Positions 47,091 to 57,840 are shown, counted from the first letter of the stretch. The stretch is DNA of 64,000 nucleotides from Abditibacteriaceae bacterium (GCA_965277285.1 OZ255721.1:3392001-3456000); one strand, 5' to 3'. Numbers and translations are program-made. The notes: generated by a model from the sequence alone, not told the origin.

Positions 47091-47945
47091 ATGAGCGACT
47101 CTCACGTGGTTGCGGAGCCTGCCGCGCCCGCTTTTCCTGCTTCCTCGAACCTTGGAAAAGCCTCTTCTCAAATTCATGTCAGTGGCGCGCCGCCTTTATC
47201 CGAAGTGGCGCGTTTGGCGCTGACGGCGGGACGTTTGCTGCTGGAAACCGGAGCCAGCGGGCGCCTGGTGCATGAGGCGATGGCCGACATCGCGGACGGT
47301 TTTCACTGCGATGTGGTGGAAGTGATGTGTCAGCACTCGGCGATTCTGGTGATGCTGCGACGCGGCGCCGATTCGTCTTTGCAAATGACTAAAGTGGGCG
47401 AACACGGCGTCAATTTGCGCCGCTCGCAAGCCGTGCTGAGCATCGTGCAACGCGTCGAATTCCATCAACTCGATTGCCCCGCAGCACAGGCCGCGCTCGA
47501 TGGCGTTATCAGCACGACGCCGCTTTATCCTGTGTGGTTTATTTGCCTGGCGACTGGCCTGGCGTGCGGCGCTTTCGGTCGCTTGCTGGGCGCCGATTGG
47601 CCATCTTTTCTGCCGACATTGATCGGCACTGCGGCTGGACAATGGGTGCGTCATCGGATGTTGCACAAGCGCTACAACGTGTTCGTGACGGCGGGCGTTG
47701 TCAGTTTTGTGGCGGCGTTGCTGGCCGGTTTGGGCGCGCGCGTCAGCCACAGCACGCAAATTCCCGTCGCCATGATCGCTGCGGTTTTGCTGCTGGTTCC
47801 TGGCGTGGCGGTTCTTAATGCGCAAATCGACATTTTGGAATCGAAGCCGACACTGGCCGCGGCGCGCGCTCTTCGAGTACTCTACTTGCTGGTTTTCATG
47901 TCGCTCGGCCTGGCTTTGGCGCAAGTGGTGGTGATTCGGCATTGA
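47091..47945 (+). CDS. Threonine/serine exporter ThrE family, N-terminal subunit
   Basis: GRLLLETGA...V, GVNL, LVPG...NA. Confidence 0.88.
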   Translation: MSDSHVVAEPAAPAFPASSNLGKASSQIHVSGAPPLSEVARLALTAGRLLLETGASGRLVHEAMADIADGFHCDVVEVMCQHSAILVMLRRGADSSLQMTKVGEHGVNLRRSQAVLSIVQRVEFHQLDCPAAQAALDGVISTTPLYPVWFICLATGLACGAFGRLLGADWPSFLPTLIGTAAGQWVRHRMLHKRYNVFVTAGVVSFVAALLAGLGARVSHSTQIPVAMIAAVLLLVPGVAVLNAQIDILESKPTLAAARALRVLYLLVFMSLGLALAQVVVIRH

Positions 47946-48502
47946 TCAACGAACACGTTTTTCACGTTTTGCATCAAGCGTTGTTTGGCGGTCTCGCGGC
48001 GGTCGGTTTTGCCGTGTTGTTCAATTGCCGCCCGCGAATGCTGCCGATTTGCTTTGCGGCGGGCGTGTTGACTTTGGCGGTGCGCAGCATGGGACAAGAA
48101 CTGGGGTTGACCTTGCCCGTCGCCTCGTTTTTCGCGGCGTTATCTTTGGCGTTTTTAGACCATTTGACCAAGCGACTGCATTTTCAATCGCCGCAGGGCA
48201 CGATTCTGGTGCTGGGCGCCATCCCGATGATTCCGGGAAGCTTGGCCGCCAAAGTACTTATTAGCGTTTTCGCGTTATTGCGCAATGGCGCAGCCTATGA
48301 CATCGGCGAAATTACCACGACTTGGGAGAACTTGGTGACTCTGATTTTCACGCTCGCTGCCATCGGAACCGCTCTGGCGTTGCCAGCTTTGACGACGCCG
48401 CAAGCCGATCTCGTCGAACGCTTGCATCATCAACCACACGATCTGGAGCCCGATTTCGCTCTCGACCATGACGCTAACGACAGGATCGAAGCCGAAGCGT
48501 GA
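47942..48502 (+). CDS. Threonine/serine exporter ThrE_2 subunit
   Basis: GFAVLFN, IPMIPG; overlaps the upstream stop. Confidence 0.85.
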   Translation: MINEHVFHVLHQALFGGLAAVGFAVLFNCRPRMLPICFAAGVLTLAVRSMGQELGLTLPVASFFAALSLAFLDHLTKRLHFQSPQGTILVLGAIPMIPGSLAAKVLISVFALLRNGAAYDIGEITTTWENLVTLIFTLAAIGTALALPALTTPQADLVERLHHQPHDLEPDFALDHDANDRIEAEA

Positions 48503-48557
48503 TGCTAAAAATGTGTTATGGAAAGCCGACGGTGTATAAGGGAATTAAGAGTTTGGC

Positions 48558-48724
48558 ATTCCGAGAGGTTGTATAGAAAGTGAAAGCAGAGCCGCCAAAC
48601 TCGCACTTTGTCATTCTGAGCGAAGAGAAGAATCTAAACCCGAAGCCAGATTCTTCTCTTCGCTCAGAATGACAAAGTGCGAGTTTTAAGCGTTTTCGGG
48701 ATTTTGTTTACAACCTCTCAGAAT
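48558..48724. mobile_element. MITE-like element: about 16-bp terminal IRs enclosing a perfect 39-bp inverted repeat
   Basis: ATTCCGAGAGGTTGTA / TACAACCTCTCAGAAT; inner arms at 48597-48635 and 48648-48686 (GTCATTCTGAGCGAAG..AAGAATCT). Confidence 0.5.
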
Positions 48725-48809
48725 TATGAACTATGAGTTTGATGGCGTTGCATCTGCTTTTCTAAACGCGCTTGTAATGACGAACTTTTAGTTTCATGCA
48801 AAAGGTTTT

Positions 48810-49496
48810 ATGAAAAAATCTTCTCCATCGAGTACTCGAACGGACGATTGCCGCATCTGTCGCGTGATGCTGGTCGATGATCACGCGATTTGGCGCGGCG
48901 GCGTCAAAAGTATGCTGGAAGATACCGAGTTTGAAGTCGTCGGCGAAGCCTCGTCCGGCCAGGAAGCGCTCGAAGTCGCGCGGCAAACACAGCCGCAAAT
49001 GGTCTTGCTCGATATTCGCATGGCCGACGGCGATGGCTTGGAGGCCTTGAAATCGCTCAAGCGCGAACTCCCGCAAACGATTGTTTTGATGCTGACGACG
49101 TATGACAACCCGACGTATATGGCGCGCGCGGTCGCCGGTGGCGCTGCCGGATATTTGCTGAAAGGCATCAGCCACGACGAATTGATGAGTTCCTTGCGGC
49201 GCGTGGCGAACGGCGAAAGTTTGCTCGATGCGCAAAGCCTGACGCGTTCTCTGCGCGGCTTAAACGCGGAAACCATTGATGCGAGCGACCTGATTCAGCC
49301 TCTCACTGAACGCGAAACCGAAGTCTTGCGCCTGGTGGCAACGGGACTTTCCAACCGCGAAATCGCGCCCATTTTATTCATCGGCGAAAGCACCGTCAAA
49401 ACGCACGTCGAACACGTCATCGGCAAATTAGGCGTTTCCGATCGCGTGCAAGCCGTAGTGTGGGCGGCGCGTCATGGTTTAGTTGCGAGTGGATAA
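48810..49496 (+). CDS. NarL/LuxR-family response regulator
   Basis: VDDH, LLDIRM, GYLLK, LTERETEVL..GLSNREIA. Confidence 0.95.
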   Translation: MKKSSPSSTRTDDCRICRVMLVDDHAIWRGGVKSMLEDTEFEVVGEASSGQEALEVARQTQPQMVLLDIRMADGDGLEALKSLKRELPQTIVLMLTTYDNPTYMARAVAGGAAGYLLKGISHDELMSSLRRVANGESLLDAQSLTRSLRGLNAETIDASDLIQPLTERETEVLRLVATGLSNREIAPILFIGESTVKTHVEHVIGKLGVSDRVQAVVWAARHGLVASG

Positions 49497-49611
49497 AGCG
49501 CTGCTCATTGTAGGTGCTTGGCGTGCCAAGTCTCTACAAACGATTCGCGCCATGACAAAACGCCGCTTTCCGCGTTGATTGAAGCAATTTTCATAAAGGT
49601 TTTCCCGATTT

Positions 49612-50757
49612 ATGTTCAGCAAGAAATGGCGTCGTATCGTTCTGCTTTCGAGTACTGGATTGGTGTTTGGCGCGCTCCATGGCCGCGCTCAAACCGCAAT
49701 GACAACAACACGTATCACGGCGCCGAACTCGATTTTACGGCGCGTTGGTTCGATTGCGATGCGCGGCGTGGAAGGCCGTTTCGACCATTTCGCGGTTGAT
49801 ACGAAGACGGGACGCGCTTTTGTTTCTGAACTGGAAAACCAATCGCTCGATGTAATTGACATCGTTCATCGCAAACGATTGCACCAGATCACAGGCTTGC
49901 GCGAACCGCAGGGCATTTTGTATTTGCCATCGAAAAACCGCTTGTTCGTGGCCAGTCGCGGCGATGGAACGGTGCGCAGTTTCGATGCGCACAATTGGAG
50001 CGAAACCTCGTGGGTCGATATTGGACGCAACGCCGATAACATTCGCCTGGACAGTTCCACAAACACGCTTTACGTCGGCTCGAATGGCGAACCGGGTAGC
50101 GGACTTTTGACTTCGATAGATGTCGCGTCGCTGTTGCCGCTTGGCGAAGGTGGAAAGCTCGCGGCGCCGCGTTCTCCCGCCGATTTGTTGCCGCAAAGCG
50201 CGCGTCAGGCGGACATTCAAAGCGAGATCGCGTTTGAATCGCACCCCGAATCGTTTCAAATCGACGCCGCGCATCACCGCGTTTTCGTCAACGTGCCGGA
50301 CGGACATTACGTCGCGGTCGTGCAAACTTCGCCGCCCAACGCGAAAACGAAAGAGTTGAGAATTGTGGCGAAATGGCCGGTTCCTTTTCAGAAAAACTTT
50401 GCGATGAGCTTCGATGCGAGTGCTTCGCGCCTTTATGTGGTCTGTCGCAAACCGGCGCGGCTGTTGACGTATGACACGCGAACGGGCAAGCTGATTTCGC
50501 AAACGCCATGCGTCGGCGATAGCGACGACATTTATCTGGACAGCGCCAAACGTCGCCTGTACATCATTGGCGGCGAAGGCGCGATTGACATTTTTCAAGC
50601 TCCCAAAAACGCTCCGGCGCGACTTTTAGAACGCGTTCCGACGGCGCCCAAGGCGCGTACCGGCGTGTGGATTCCCTCTCTGCGATTGGTTGTCGTCGCT
50701 GTGCCGCACTGGAAAAATCAGGCGGCGCATCTGCTTTTGTTCCGCATCGCGCGTTGA
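49612..50757 (+). CDS. Secreted YncE/YVTN-like beta-propeller protein
   Basis: Signal peptide; GRFDHFAVD, EPQG, ADNIR, HPESFQ, ARTG. Confidence 0.8.
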   Translation: MFSKKWRRIVLLSSTGLVFGALHGRAQTAMTTTRITAPNSILRRVGSIAMRGVEGRFDHFAVDTKTGRAFVSELENQSLDVIDIVHRKRLHQITGLREPQGILYLPSKNRLFVASRGDGTVRSFDAHNWSETSWVDIGRNADNIRLDSSTNTLYVGSNGEPGSGLLTSIDVASLLPLGEGGKLAAPRSPADLLPQSARQADIQSEIAFESHPESFQIDAAHHRVFVNVPDGHYVAVVQTSPPNAKTKELRIVAKWPVPFQKNFAMSFDASASRLYVVCRKPARLLTYDTRTGKLISQTPCVGDSDDIYLDSAKRRLYIIGGEGAIDIFQAPKNAPARLLERVPTAPKARTGVWIPSLRLVVVAVPHWKNQAAHLLLFRIAR

Positions 50758-50906
50758 AAATCGTCACAATCGGCCAAAGGACGGATGAAGTTTGCGTTGT
50801 GCTCGCGTCACAATGAAAAGTGAAAATCGAGTGCTTGAATTTACACGATTGAAACCCGCACGGGCTACAATGAAAGGCAATTCGAGTACTCGAAAGCGAG
50901 ATTTTT

Positions 50907-52778
50907 ATGATTCAGGCGCGGACAAATCTTCCAACAAATAACCAGAAGCTGATCGAATGGGTCGAGGCCCAGGCCGCGTTGTGCAAGCCCGACCACATCG
51001 TCTGGTGCGACGGCTCGGACGAAGAGTTCGGGCGCATTTGCCAGTTGATGTGCGAGCAGGGTACAGCGGTCAAGTTGAACGAAACCTTGCGTCCCAACTC
51101 ATTTTTGTGCCGCAGTGAGCCGGACGATGTAGCGCGCGTCGAACATCGTACTTTTATTTGCAGCGAGAAAGCCGAAGATGCCGGGCCGACCAACAATTGG
51201 CGCGAACCGACGGAAATGAAGCGCGTTTTAAGCGAGCTTTTCGCGGGTTGTATGCGCGGGCGCACGATGTATGTCGTGCCGTTTTCGATGGGGCCGCTGG
51301 GTTCGCCAATTTCGCACATCGGCGTCGAACTGACCGATTCGCCGTATGTCGTCGCGCACATGAAATTGATGACGCGCATGGGACAACGAGTACTCGGAAC
51401 TCTAAGCGATGGCGATTTCGTGCCGTGCCTGCACTCGGTCGGTCATCCGCTGGAGCCTGGCGAAACCGATGTTCCTTGGCCGGATAACGCGCCGAACAAA
51501 TACATCGCGCACTTTCCTGAAACGCGCGAAATTATTTCTTTTGGCAGCGGTTATGGCGGCAACGCGTTGCTGGGCAAAAAGTGTTTCGCCCTGCGCATCG
51601 CCAGCGTCATCGCGCGCGACGGAGGCTGGCTCGCCGAACACATGCTGATTCTGGGCATTACGAATCCGCAGGGCGAAAAGAAGTACATCGCGGCGGCGTT
51701 TCCGTCTCAGTGCGGCAAAACCAATTTGGCGATGTTGCTGCCGACTTTGCCCGGCTGGAAAATCGAAACCGTCGGCGACGACATCGCGTGGATGAAGTGG
51801 GGCGAAGACGGACGGCTTTACGCCATCAATCCCGAAGCCGGATTTTTTGGCGTCGCGCCCGGCACTTCGATGGAAAGCAATCCGAACGCGATGCTTTCCA
51901 TCACGCGCAACGCGATTTTTACCAATGTCGCCGAAACGCCGGACGGCGATGTGTGGTGGGAAGGCATGACGCCCGAAAAACCGTCGCATTTGATGTCGTG
52001 GCTGAACAGCGAATGGACGCCGCAATCGAGTACTCGAGCGGCGCATCCCAACTCGCGCTTTACGGCTCCTGCCGAGCAATGTCCATGCATTGATCCCAAT
52101 TGGGAAAGTCCTCAAGGCGTGCCGATTGACGCGATTTTGTTCGGTGGTCGTCGTCCCGGCACGATTCCTCTGGTGCGTCGTGCTTTAAGTTGGGAACACG
52201 GCGTTTTCATCGGTTCGACGGTCGCTTCGGAAACCACAGCGGCGGCCAGCGGCGAAGTCGGGCAGGTGCGGCGCGATCCGTTTGCGATGCTGCCGTTTTG
52301 CGGCTATCACATGGCCGATTATTTCACGCACTGGCTTCATCAAAGCGAAGACGCCAATCACAAATTGCCCGCACTTTATAGCGTCAACTGGTTTCGCAAA
52401 GACGCGGAGGGCAACTTCTTGTGGCCAGGCTACGGCGAAAACAGTCGAGTACTCAAATGGATTTTCGAGAACCTCAATGGCGCCGATAACGCGGTTCAAA
52501 CGCCAATTGGTTATTTGCCCAAAGCCGAAGCGCTGGATACGAACGGTTTAGAACTCGCACCGGATGCGTTGCAGCAACTTTTGGCGGTCGATGTGGAAGA
52601 ATGGAAACGCGAGGCGCACTCGATTCGCACTTTTTATCAAACATTCGGCACGCGCCTGCCGCAAGAACTTTCCAACCAGTTGGACGCGCTGCAAGAGCGC
52701 CTGACCATAGCGCAACTCCACGAAACCGAAAACCATGCGAACGGACAAGCGTACGCGAATGGTTCGGCAACCTCGTAA
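50907..52778 (+). CDS. pckG: Phosphoenolpyruvate carboxykinase (GTP)
   Basis: [66 protein letters not shown]. Confidence 0.97.
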   Translation: MIQARTNLPTNNQKLIEWVEAQAALCKPDHIVWCDGSDEEFGRICQLMCEQGTAVKLNETLRPNSFLCRSEPDDVARVEHRTFICSEKAEDAGPTNNWREPTEMKRVLSELFAGCMRGRTMYVVPFSMGPLGSPISHIGVELTDSPYVVAHMKLMTRMGQRVLGTLSDGDFVPCLHSVGHPLEPGETDVPWPDNAPNKYIAHFPETREIISFGSGYGGNALLGKKCFALRIASVIARDGGWLAEHMLILGITNPQGEKKYIAAAFPSQCGKTNLAMLLPTLPGWKIETVGDDIAWMKWGEDGRLYAINPEAGFFGVAPGTSMESNPNAMLSITRNAIFTNVAETPDGDVWWEGMTPEKPSHLMSWLNSEWTPQSSTRAAHPNSRFTAPAEQCPCIDPNWESPQGVPIDAILFGGRRPGTIPLVRRALSWEHGVFIGSTVASETTAAASGEVGQVRRDPFAMLPFCGYHMADYFTHWLHQSEDANHKLPALYSVNWFRKDAEGNFLWPGYGENSRVLKWIFENLNGADNAVQTPIGYLPKAEALDTNGLELAPDALQQLLAVDVEEWKREAHSIRTFYQTFGTRLPQELSNQLDALQERLTIAQLHETENHANGQAYANGSATS

Positions 52779-52803
52779 AACACTAAAGTCGTTTCAGACC
52801 CGA

Positions 52804-52874
52804 AAAATGTCATTCTGAGCGTAGCGAAGAATCTTGTTGAAGTTAGATTTTCGCTACGTTCAGAATGACATTTT
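52804..52874. repeat. GTCATTCTGAGC-type hairpin repeat, related to the core of 48597-48686
   Basis: AAAATGTCATTCTGAGCGTAGCGAAGAATCT / AGATTTTCGCTACGTTCAGAATGACATTTT. Confidence 0.8.
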
Positions 52875-52914
52875 GCTTTTGTAAGAATATGTTTTTGGAA
52901 AGGAGCTGCAAAAT

Positions 52915-53226
52915 ATGGAGTTCGACGCATACGAAAGCGATTCCGAAGAAGACTATAATGCGTTCGTGGATTGGCTGAGCGAGTCAACCGTTGAGCAACT
53001 GCGGCAGGCCGGAACCGATACTGAAGCGCAGAAAGTGGCTTTGCGACGCTACTTTCAACTTGGATACAAAGCGCACCTATCGCCCAGCGAACTTTGGGAC
53101 TTTCTGGCAATTGATAGCGGTTGTGTTTTGGAAAGCGTTTGTTCTTCGGAAGAGGAAATTGAACGTGCCGTTGAGCTATCTCAAATAATCTCGCAACAAG
53201 TTATCAGAGATTTGGAAGAAACTTAA
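52915..53226 (+). CDS. Small acidic hypothetical protein
   Basis: AAGGAG RBS; 103 aa. Confidence 0.65.
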   Translation: MEFDAYESDSEEDYNAFVDWLSESTVEQLRQAGTDTEAQKVALRRYFQLGYKAHLSPSELWDFLAIDSGCVLESVCSSEEEIERAVELSQIISQQVIRDLEET

Positions 53227-53273
53227 ATGTTCAAAGAAGAGCGTTTTACCACACTTTCGAGTACTCGAATGCG

Positions 53274-54293
53274 TTATTGCGCGGCTAAAACGCGATTTTT
53301 CTGGTGTTCCTCGAAAGTTGTGGCGAACAAGTGACGGTGAAGTTTGGGCGCCATCACGTAATAGTAAAACTTGGAAGCGCTCGGTTGCAGCGCGGCCAGC
53401 AGCGAACTTTTGCCCGGATTGCAAATCGGCGCTGGCGGCAAACCGGCGTGGCGATACGTGTTGTAAGGCGAATCGAGCCACAAATCCTTTAGCGTCAGTT
53501 TTTCTTTGTGCCCTTGCGGCAATTTGTTTTGCGCGGCCTGCATTTCCAGGATGTATTGAACACTCGCGTCGCATTGCAGGCGCATCTTTTTTTGCAGGCG
53601 ATTGAGCAAAACACCGGCGATGATCGGGCGTTCGGTCGGGTCGCCGCTTTCGCGCTCGACGAGCGACGCCAAAGTCACGATTTCGAGTTGCGAAAGTGGC
53701 TTTCCATTGGCGCCGCGTGGCAGATTCTTTTGCGCCAGAGGAAATCCTTTCATTACGGTTTCAAAACGCTTGTTGAGCGTATCGATGATTTGTTGCGCTG
53801 CGCCGTGACGTGGAAAATCATAGGTTTCGGGGAACAGACGACCTTCCCACGGCGAAACGTCCTTGCCAGGCGGATAAACGAGATTGCGAAAATCGTCGGC
53901 GTGGACAAAGCCATTGGCGGCCAGGCGCGCCGCCATTTTTGCGCCCGTCCAGCCTTCGGGAAAAGTGATTTTTGTGTAATCGGGCGTTTGGCTGAAAATC
54001 TTCGCCAGGTCGCGCGGCCCGGCCATCTTCGGCAGGGCATAACCGCCAGAAGCGACTTTTTTGAGTCCGATTTCGCGCGCCGCTTGAATAAAAGCATCCG
54101 TGTCGCGCAACTTGCCCGAACGTTGCAGCAGGTCGGCCAGCTTTTCGGGCGATTGCGGTTGCAGCACGCGCGCCATGCGGTCGGGCATCACAATCGCTTC
54201 CCATTTGCGCTGCACTTCGCGTTGCTGCCAATACTTCCAGCCGCCAAAACCCGCTGCGCCAACAATCAGTAAAAAGATGAGAAAACCTTTCAT
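53274..54293 (-). CDS. mltG: Endolytic transglycosylase MltG (YceG)
   Basis: ITFPEG, EGRLFPETY, LASLVERE, RLQCDASV, SPYNTY..GLPPAPICNPG; start could be 54350. Confidence 0.93.
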   Translation of the reverse strand: MKGFLIFLLIVGAAGFGGWKYWQQREVQRKWEAIVMPDRMARVLQPQSPEKLADLLQRSGKLRDTDAFIQAAREIGLKKVASGGYALPKMAGPRDLAKIFSQTPDYTKITFPEGWTGAKMAARLAANGFVHADDFRNLVYPPGKDVSPWEGRLFPETYDFPRHGAAQQIIDTLNKRFETVMKGFPLAQKNLPRGANGKPLSQLEIVTLASLVERESGDPTERPIIAGVLLNRLQKKMRLQCDASVQYILEMQAAQNKLPQGHKEKLTLKDLWLDSPYNTYRHAGLPPAPICNPGKSSLLAALQPSASKFYYYVMAPKLHRHLFATTFEEHQKNRVLAAQ

Positions 54294-54303
54294 CGAAAAC
54301 CTT

Positions 54304-54840
54304 TTAAAACAAATCCGTAATTTCGGCTTTGGGCGTTTGCTGCGGCGCATCAACGCGCGAATCGAGTACTCGATCGGGTGCATGGCCTTCGCTGACGGCG
54401 CGGCGAGCATCCAGAAAACCTTGCAAAATCACGGCAGCGGCGCGCGCGTCAATCGATTGCGCGCCCAAATCTTCGCGCCCGCGCTTTTGCGAAATGCCCA
54501 GCACCTTCATTTGATTGGAAGCCTCACTCGTCGAAAAACGCTCGTCCTGCCACGCGATTTCAATCGTTGAACCGCTTTCGCGCAAAGCTTTTTGTAATGC
54601 ATCGGCAAAGGCGCGCGCCGCGTTTTCGCTGTCGCCGGTTTCGCTCGCTTTGACGGAGCGCGGCAAGCCAAAAACAACGCCTTCGATGTTCAAGCCGCGC
54701 ACCGTTTGCAACAACGATTGCAAATCGGCCTTGAGGTTTTGCCGGAGCAGAACGCCGTGCGACGACGCAATAGTTTCGCTTTCGTCGCAAACCGCCAAAC
54801 CCAGGCGACGTGTTCCATAATCAATCGCTAAATAACGCAT
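54304..54840 (-). CDS. ruvX: Holliday junction resolvase-like RuvX/YqgF
   Basis: LAIDYGTRRLGLA, VFGLP, DERFST, IDARAAAVILQ. Confidence 0.93.
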   Translation of the reverse strand: MRYLAIDYGTRRLGLAVCDESETIASSHGVLLRQNLKADLQSLLQTVRGLNIEGVVFGLPRSVKASETGDSENAARAFADALQKALRESGSTIEIAWQDERFSTSEASNQMKVLGISQKRGREDLGAQSIDARAAAVILQGFLDARRAVSEGHAPDRVLDSRVDAPQQTPKAEITDLF

Positions 54841-54898
54841 AAGAAACCAGAAACGACTGACGAAAAACGCGCCTGACGAACAAATCCGGCGCGAGAAA

Positions 54899-55357
54899 TT
54901 GCAGGCAATAAGTAAACGCGGCGCCTTTATTGTAGCAATTTCCTCGTTCCATCGCCGTTCATCTGGCGCGATACGACCGAACCTTGCAATTCCGAAATCT
55001 TTGAATGCTTCTCAAATTAAAGACGCGATTTCACATGTTTGCCCAAAAGACACTTTCGTCGTCACAATGCCAAACAGGAAAATAACACCGTTGCAGACTG
55101 CGATTTTAATTGCATTGAAAGAAGTTGCTGCGAAGGTGCAGACTTCTCAAGTGATGTATTGCACGGAGTACAGCGGCTACCTTCGGTTTCCGGTCGCTAC
55201 TTGGATCGAAGCCGCTGAAAAATATGTGGGCGCGAGTTTGCCGTCAGCTTGGAGCGACGAGGACTTGAAAGTTCTTGGCAGGTCAGGTTTCTGGGCAAAG
55301 TCAGCGAACGGACAAATCCACACAAGACGTTTGATTCGAGAACGACTTACACCGTGA
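54899..55357 (+). CDS. Hypothetical protein, AT-richer; real start probably near 55067; may be degenerate
   Basis: ORF fills the gap between ruvX and the GNAT gene; no recognisable motif. Confidence 0.35.
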   Translation: MQAISKRGAFIVAISSFHRRSSGAIRPNLAIPKSLNASQIKDAISHVCPKDTFVVTMPNRKITPLQTAILIALKEVAAKVQTSQVMYCTEYSGYLRFPVATWIEAAEKYVGASLPSAWSDEDLKVLGRSGFWAKSANGQIHTRRLIRERLTP

Positions 55358-55438
55358 TCTCTTCGGGAAGAACCAGGAAAAGTGCGAAGGCGCTCAATGA
55401 TTGGGCGATGCACGCTTTGAATTGTTAAACTGCGGACG

Positions 55439-56197
55439 ATGAAACCGCTTTTGCGCTGGCCAGGTTTTTTTCGCAAAAACGAACGCGCTTCAGCTTCCAA
55501 AGCGTCGCCCGCGTCCGCGTCATCATCCGCGTCGCCAGCCGCAACTTTTCGCTCGAACTCGACAACAGCAGCTTCGCCGACTAATAATTCTTCGCCTCAA
55601 CTCGCAACCTCGCAGCCTGCCATAACGAACGCTTCCACCTCGCAATCGAGTACTCGATTGGCGTCGTCGGGCGCGGTTTTAGAAGCGATTGGCGGCGTGC
55701 GCAAATTGCCGCGTCCCGCCTTACGCTGGGTCGGCAGCGGCGGGCGAACGGCTTTGCGCGAGTTCGATTTCGCTGCCGATGCGGACGAAGTTTGCGCCTG
55801 GCAGAAAGAAACTTACACGCTCAACTTCCCCGATTTTCGTTATACCGATAGTTTCGCCTCCGCTTTTCGCCACGATTTGCGCCGCGCCGCGCTCGATCCT
55901 CACCACGGCATTTTCGTCCTTGATGAAGGCGAACTCGTCGGTTTCCTGTGGCTCGTCATCTGCGAAAACACTTGGACGGGCGAACGCTATGGTTACGTCA
56001 ACAACCTTTATCTCGCGCCACAACGACGCGGCCATGGACTTTCGCGCGAACTGATGCTGCACGCCGAAAAATGGTTCCGCGAAGGTCGCATTAAACGCGC
56101 TCGCTTAACAGTCACCACTTCCAATGCCGCCGCCTGCAAACTTTACGAAAACTGCGGCTACGAAACGACGCGCTGGGAAATGGAAAAAGAACTGTAG
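55439..56197 (+). CDS. GNAT-family N-acetyltransferase with Ser/Ala-rich N-terminal extension
   Basis: YVNNLYLAPQRRGHGL, V..SNAAA.KLYENCGY. Confidence 0.88.
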   Translation: MKPLLRWPGFFRKNERASASKASPASASSSASPAATFRSNSTTAASPTNNSSPQLATSQPAITNASTSQSSTRLASSGAVLEAIGGVRKLPRPALRWVGSGGRTALREFDFAADADEVCAWQKETYTLNFPDFRYTDSFASAFRHDLRRAALDPHHGIFVLDEGELVGFLWLVICENTWTGERYGYVNNLYLAPQRRGHGLSRELMLHAEKWFREGRIKRARLTVTTSNAAACKLYENCGYETTRWEMEKEL

Positions 56198-56299
56198 CGC
56201 ATTTTTCATAAACGTTTGTTTCCCTGCTTGCTCTGTGGCGTAAACCGATGAACTTTGGGCTAATAAATCAATGGCAAAAGCGGTGCATAATTAGGGATT

Positions 56300-57100
56300 A
56301 TGAATTTTTCGACCGCTCCATGTTGGCGTAGATTGCCTTTTAGCCGTAAGTTTCCTTCTTCTCGCGCGGCGTTTACTTTGATCGAGTTGCTGGTTGTGAT
56401 CGCCATTATTGCGATTTTGGCCGCTATTTTGTTTCCGGCTTTTGCTAAAGCCCGCGAAAGTGCGCGCCGCGCGAGTTGCTCCAGCAACATGAAGCAACTC
56501 GGTCTCGCGTTGATGCAATACACCCAGGAATATGATGAACGCTATCCGGCGGGATTGCCCACGACCATCCAGCGCAAAGGTATCGGTTGGGCTGGCGAGA
56601 TTTATCCTTATGTGAAATCGACCCAAGTCTACGCTTGTCCCAGTGCTACCAACGGTGGCACGTCGACCGCTGCCGGAGCCAGTTCCATTAGCTATGCGCT
56701 AAACACTTTCATCGCCGACCATTCGCTGGCCTCTATCGACGATACGGCTCGTTATGTCATGCTATCGGAAACCGATAACAAGATGAGCGTCTTTTTAAGT
56801 CGGCCCGATGAAGCTGGTGGATACAAATCGCCTGCAGATTTTGGATCTGATCTCGTGACCCAAACTGATACTGCTGTAGACGAATGTTGTTTTGCTTCCC
56901 CTTCTTACTTAATACAGGCAACCGGTAAATACCTGGATATGACCGGCAGCACGAACGCAAGCGCAGATAATAAGCCTCGCCACTTCGACGGCGCGAACTT
57001 CTTACTGGCCGATGGTCATGTGAAATTCTATCGTGGTGCCAGCGTCACCATGTCTGCGGCCAATGCCTCGCAAGGCGCGATTAGTTACTTCCGGCCTTAA
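56300..57100 (+). CDS. DUF1559-family prepilin-type protein with H-X9-DG motif
   Basis: [47 protein letters not shown]. Confidence 0.9.
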   Translation: MNFSTAPCWRRLPFSRKFPSSRAAFTLIELLVVIAIIAILAAILFPAFAKARESARRASCSSNMKQLGLALMQYTQEYDERYPAGLPTTIQRKGIGWAGEIYPYVKSTQVYACPSATNGGTSTAAGASSISYALNTFIADHSLASIDDTARYVMLSETDNKMSVFLSRPDEAGGYKSPADFGSDLVTQTDTAVDECCFASPSYLIQATGKYLDMTGSTNASADNKPRHFDGANFLLADGHVKFYRGASVTMSAANASQGAISYFRP

Positions 57101-57315
57101 TAGAAGTCAGTGCGCCTACTGTCGCCTGTCCACTCCACGCATCAAAGCGCACCTATCGAGTACTCGATTTAGGCGCGCTTTTGTACTTTTGTTTGTGTCA
57201 GTTGTGCGCCCAGTCGATCTGGACGAACGCGCTACCGCTGCCCGAATCGGAACGAAGCTGCAAAGTCTTTCGCCCAAAATGCGCGCCGAACTTGCGCCTT
57301 TCTCAAAGGTCGGGT

Positions 57316-57840
57316 TTATCGTGTTATGTTGTCGCGCTTGGGTTCTATGAATCGCTTGATGAGTGCCGCACACGCTTCAGCGCTTTGTTTGTGGGTGTCA
57401 ACTTCAATATCGTATGGCAAAAAGTTGTGCGCTTCTGAAACTTGACTGCGCGCAAGGCCAATAATGCGATCACCTCTTGCCAACTCTCGCCTTTCCAACT
57501 CCTCAATCGGACATCTTACCGCGACATACACGACCTCAAAGGATTCAAACAAAGGCTTGAAGAGCTGCGCACCATTCTCGTGAGCAATGGTGTCCACTAT
57601 GACTTTATTACCGCAGCTAACCAAAGCGGCTATACAGCGATAAAACCCCTCGAAGAGCTTAGGAGTGGCAGCGGAACAAAGTTCTTGATCCTGCAATTTA
57701 CTTTCAGGAAACATGCTTGCAAATGCGTCCAGAGAAACATGAAGGTAGGCAGGCTCCAGTTGATGTTGCAGCGCTTTGGAGAGCGTCGTTTTGCCTGAAC
57801 TTGATGTTCCATATAAGAAAATAATGTCGGGCATTTGCAT
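57316..57840 (-). CDS. Chloramphenicol phosphotransferase-like P-loop kinase
   Basis: IIFLYGTSSSGKTT, ERRELARGDRIIGLAR, YDIEVDT; AT-richer than its flanks. Confidence 0.82.
   Translation of the reverse strand: MQMPDIIFLYGTSSSGKTTLSKALQHQLEPAYLHVSLDAFASMFPESKLQDQELCSAATPKLFEGFYRCIAALVSCGNKVIVDTIAHENGAQLFKPLFESFEVVYVAVRCPIEELERRELARGDRIIGLARSQVSEAHNFLPYDIEVDTHKQSAEACAALIKRFIEPKRDNITR

Noticed and set aside
55280..55420. Possible frameshift near the end of the 54899-55357 ORF
   Set aside because: An alternative frame reads plausibly, but without a homologue I cannot support a pseudogene call.
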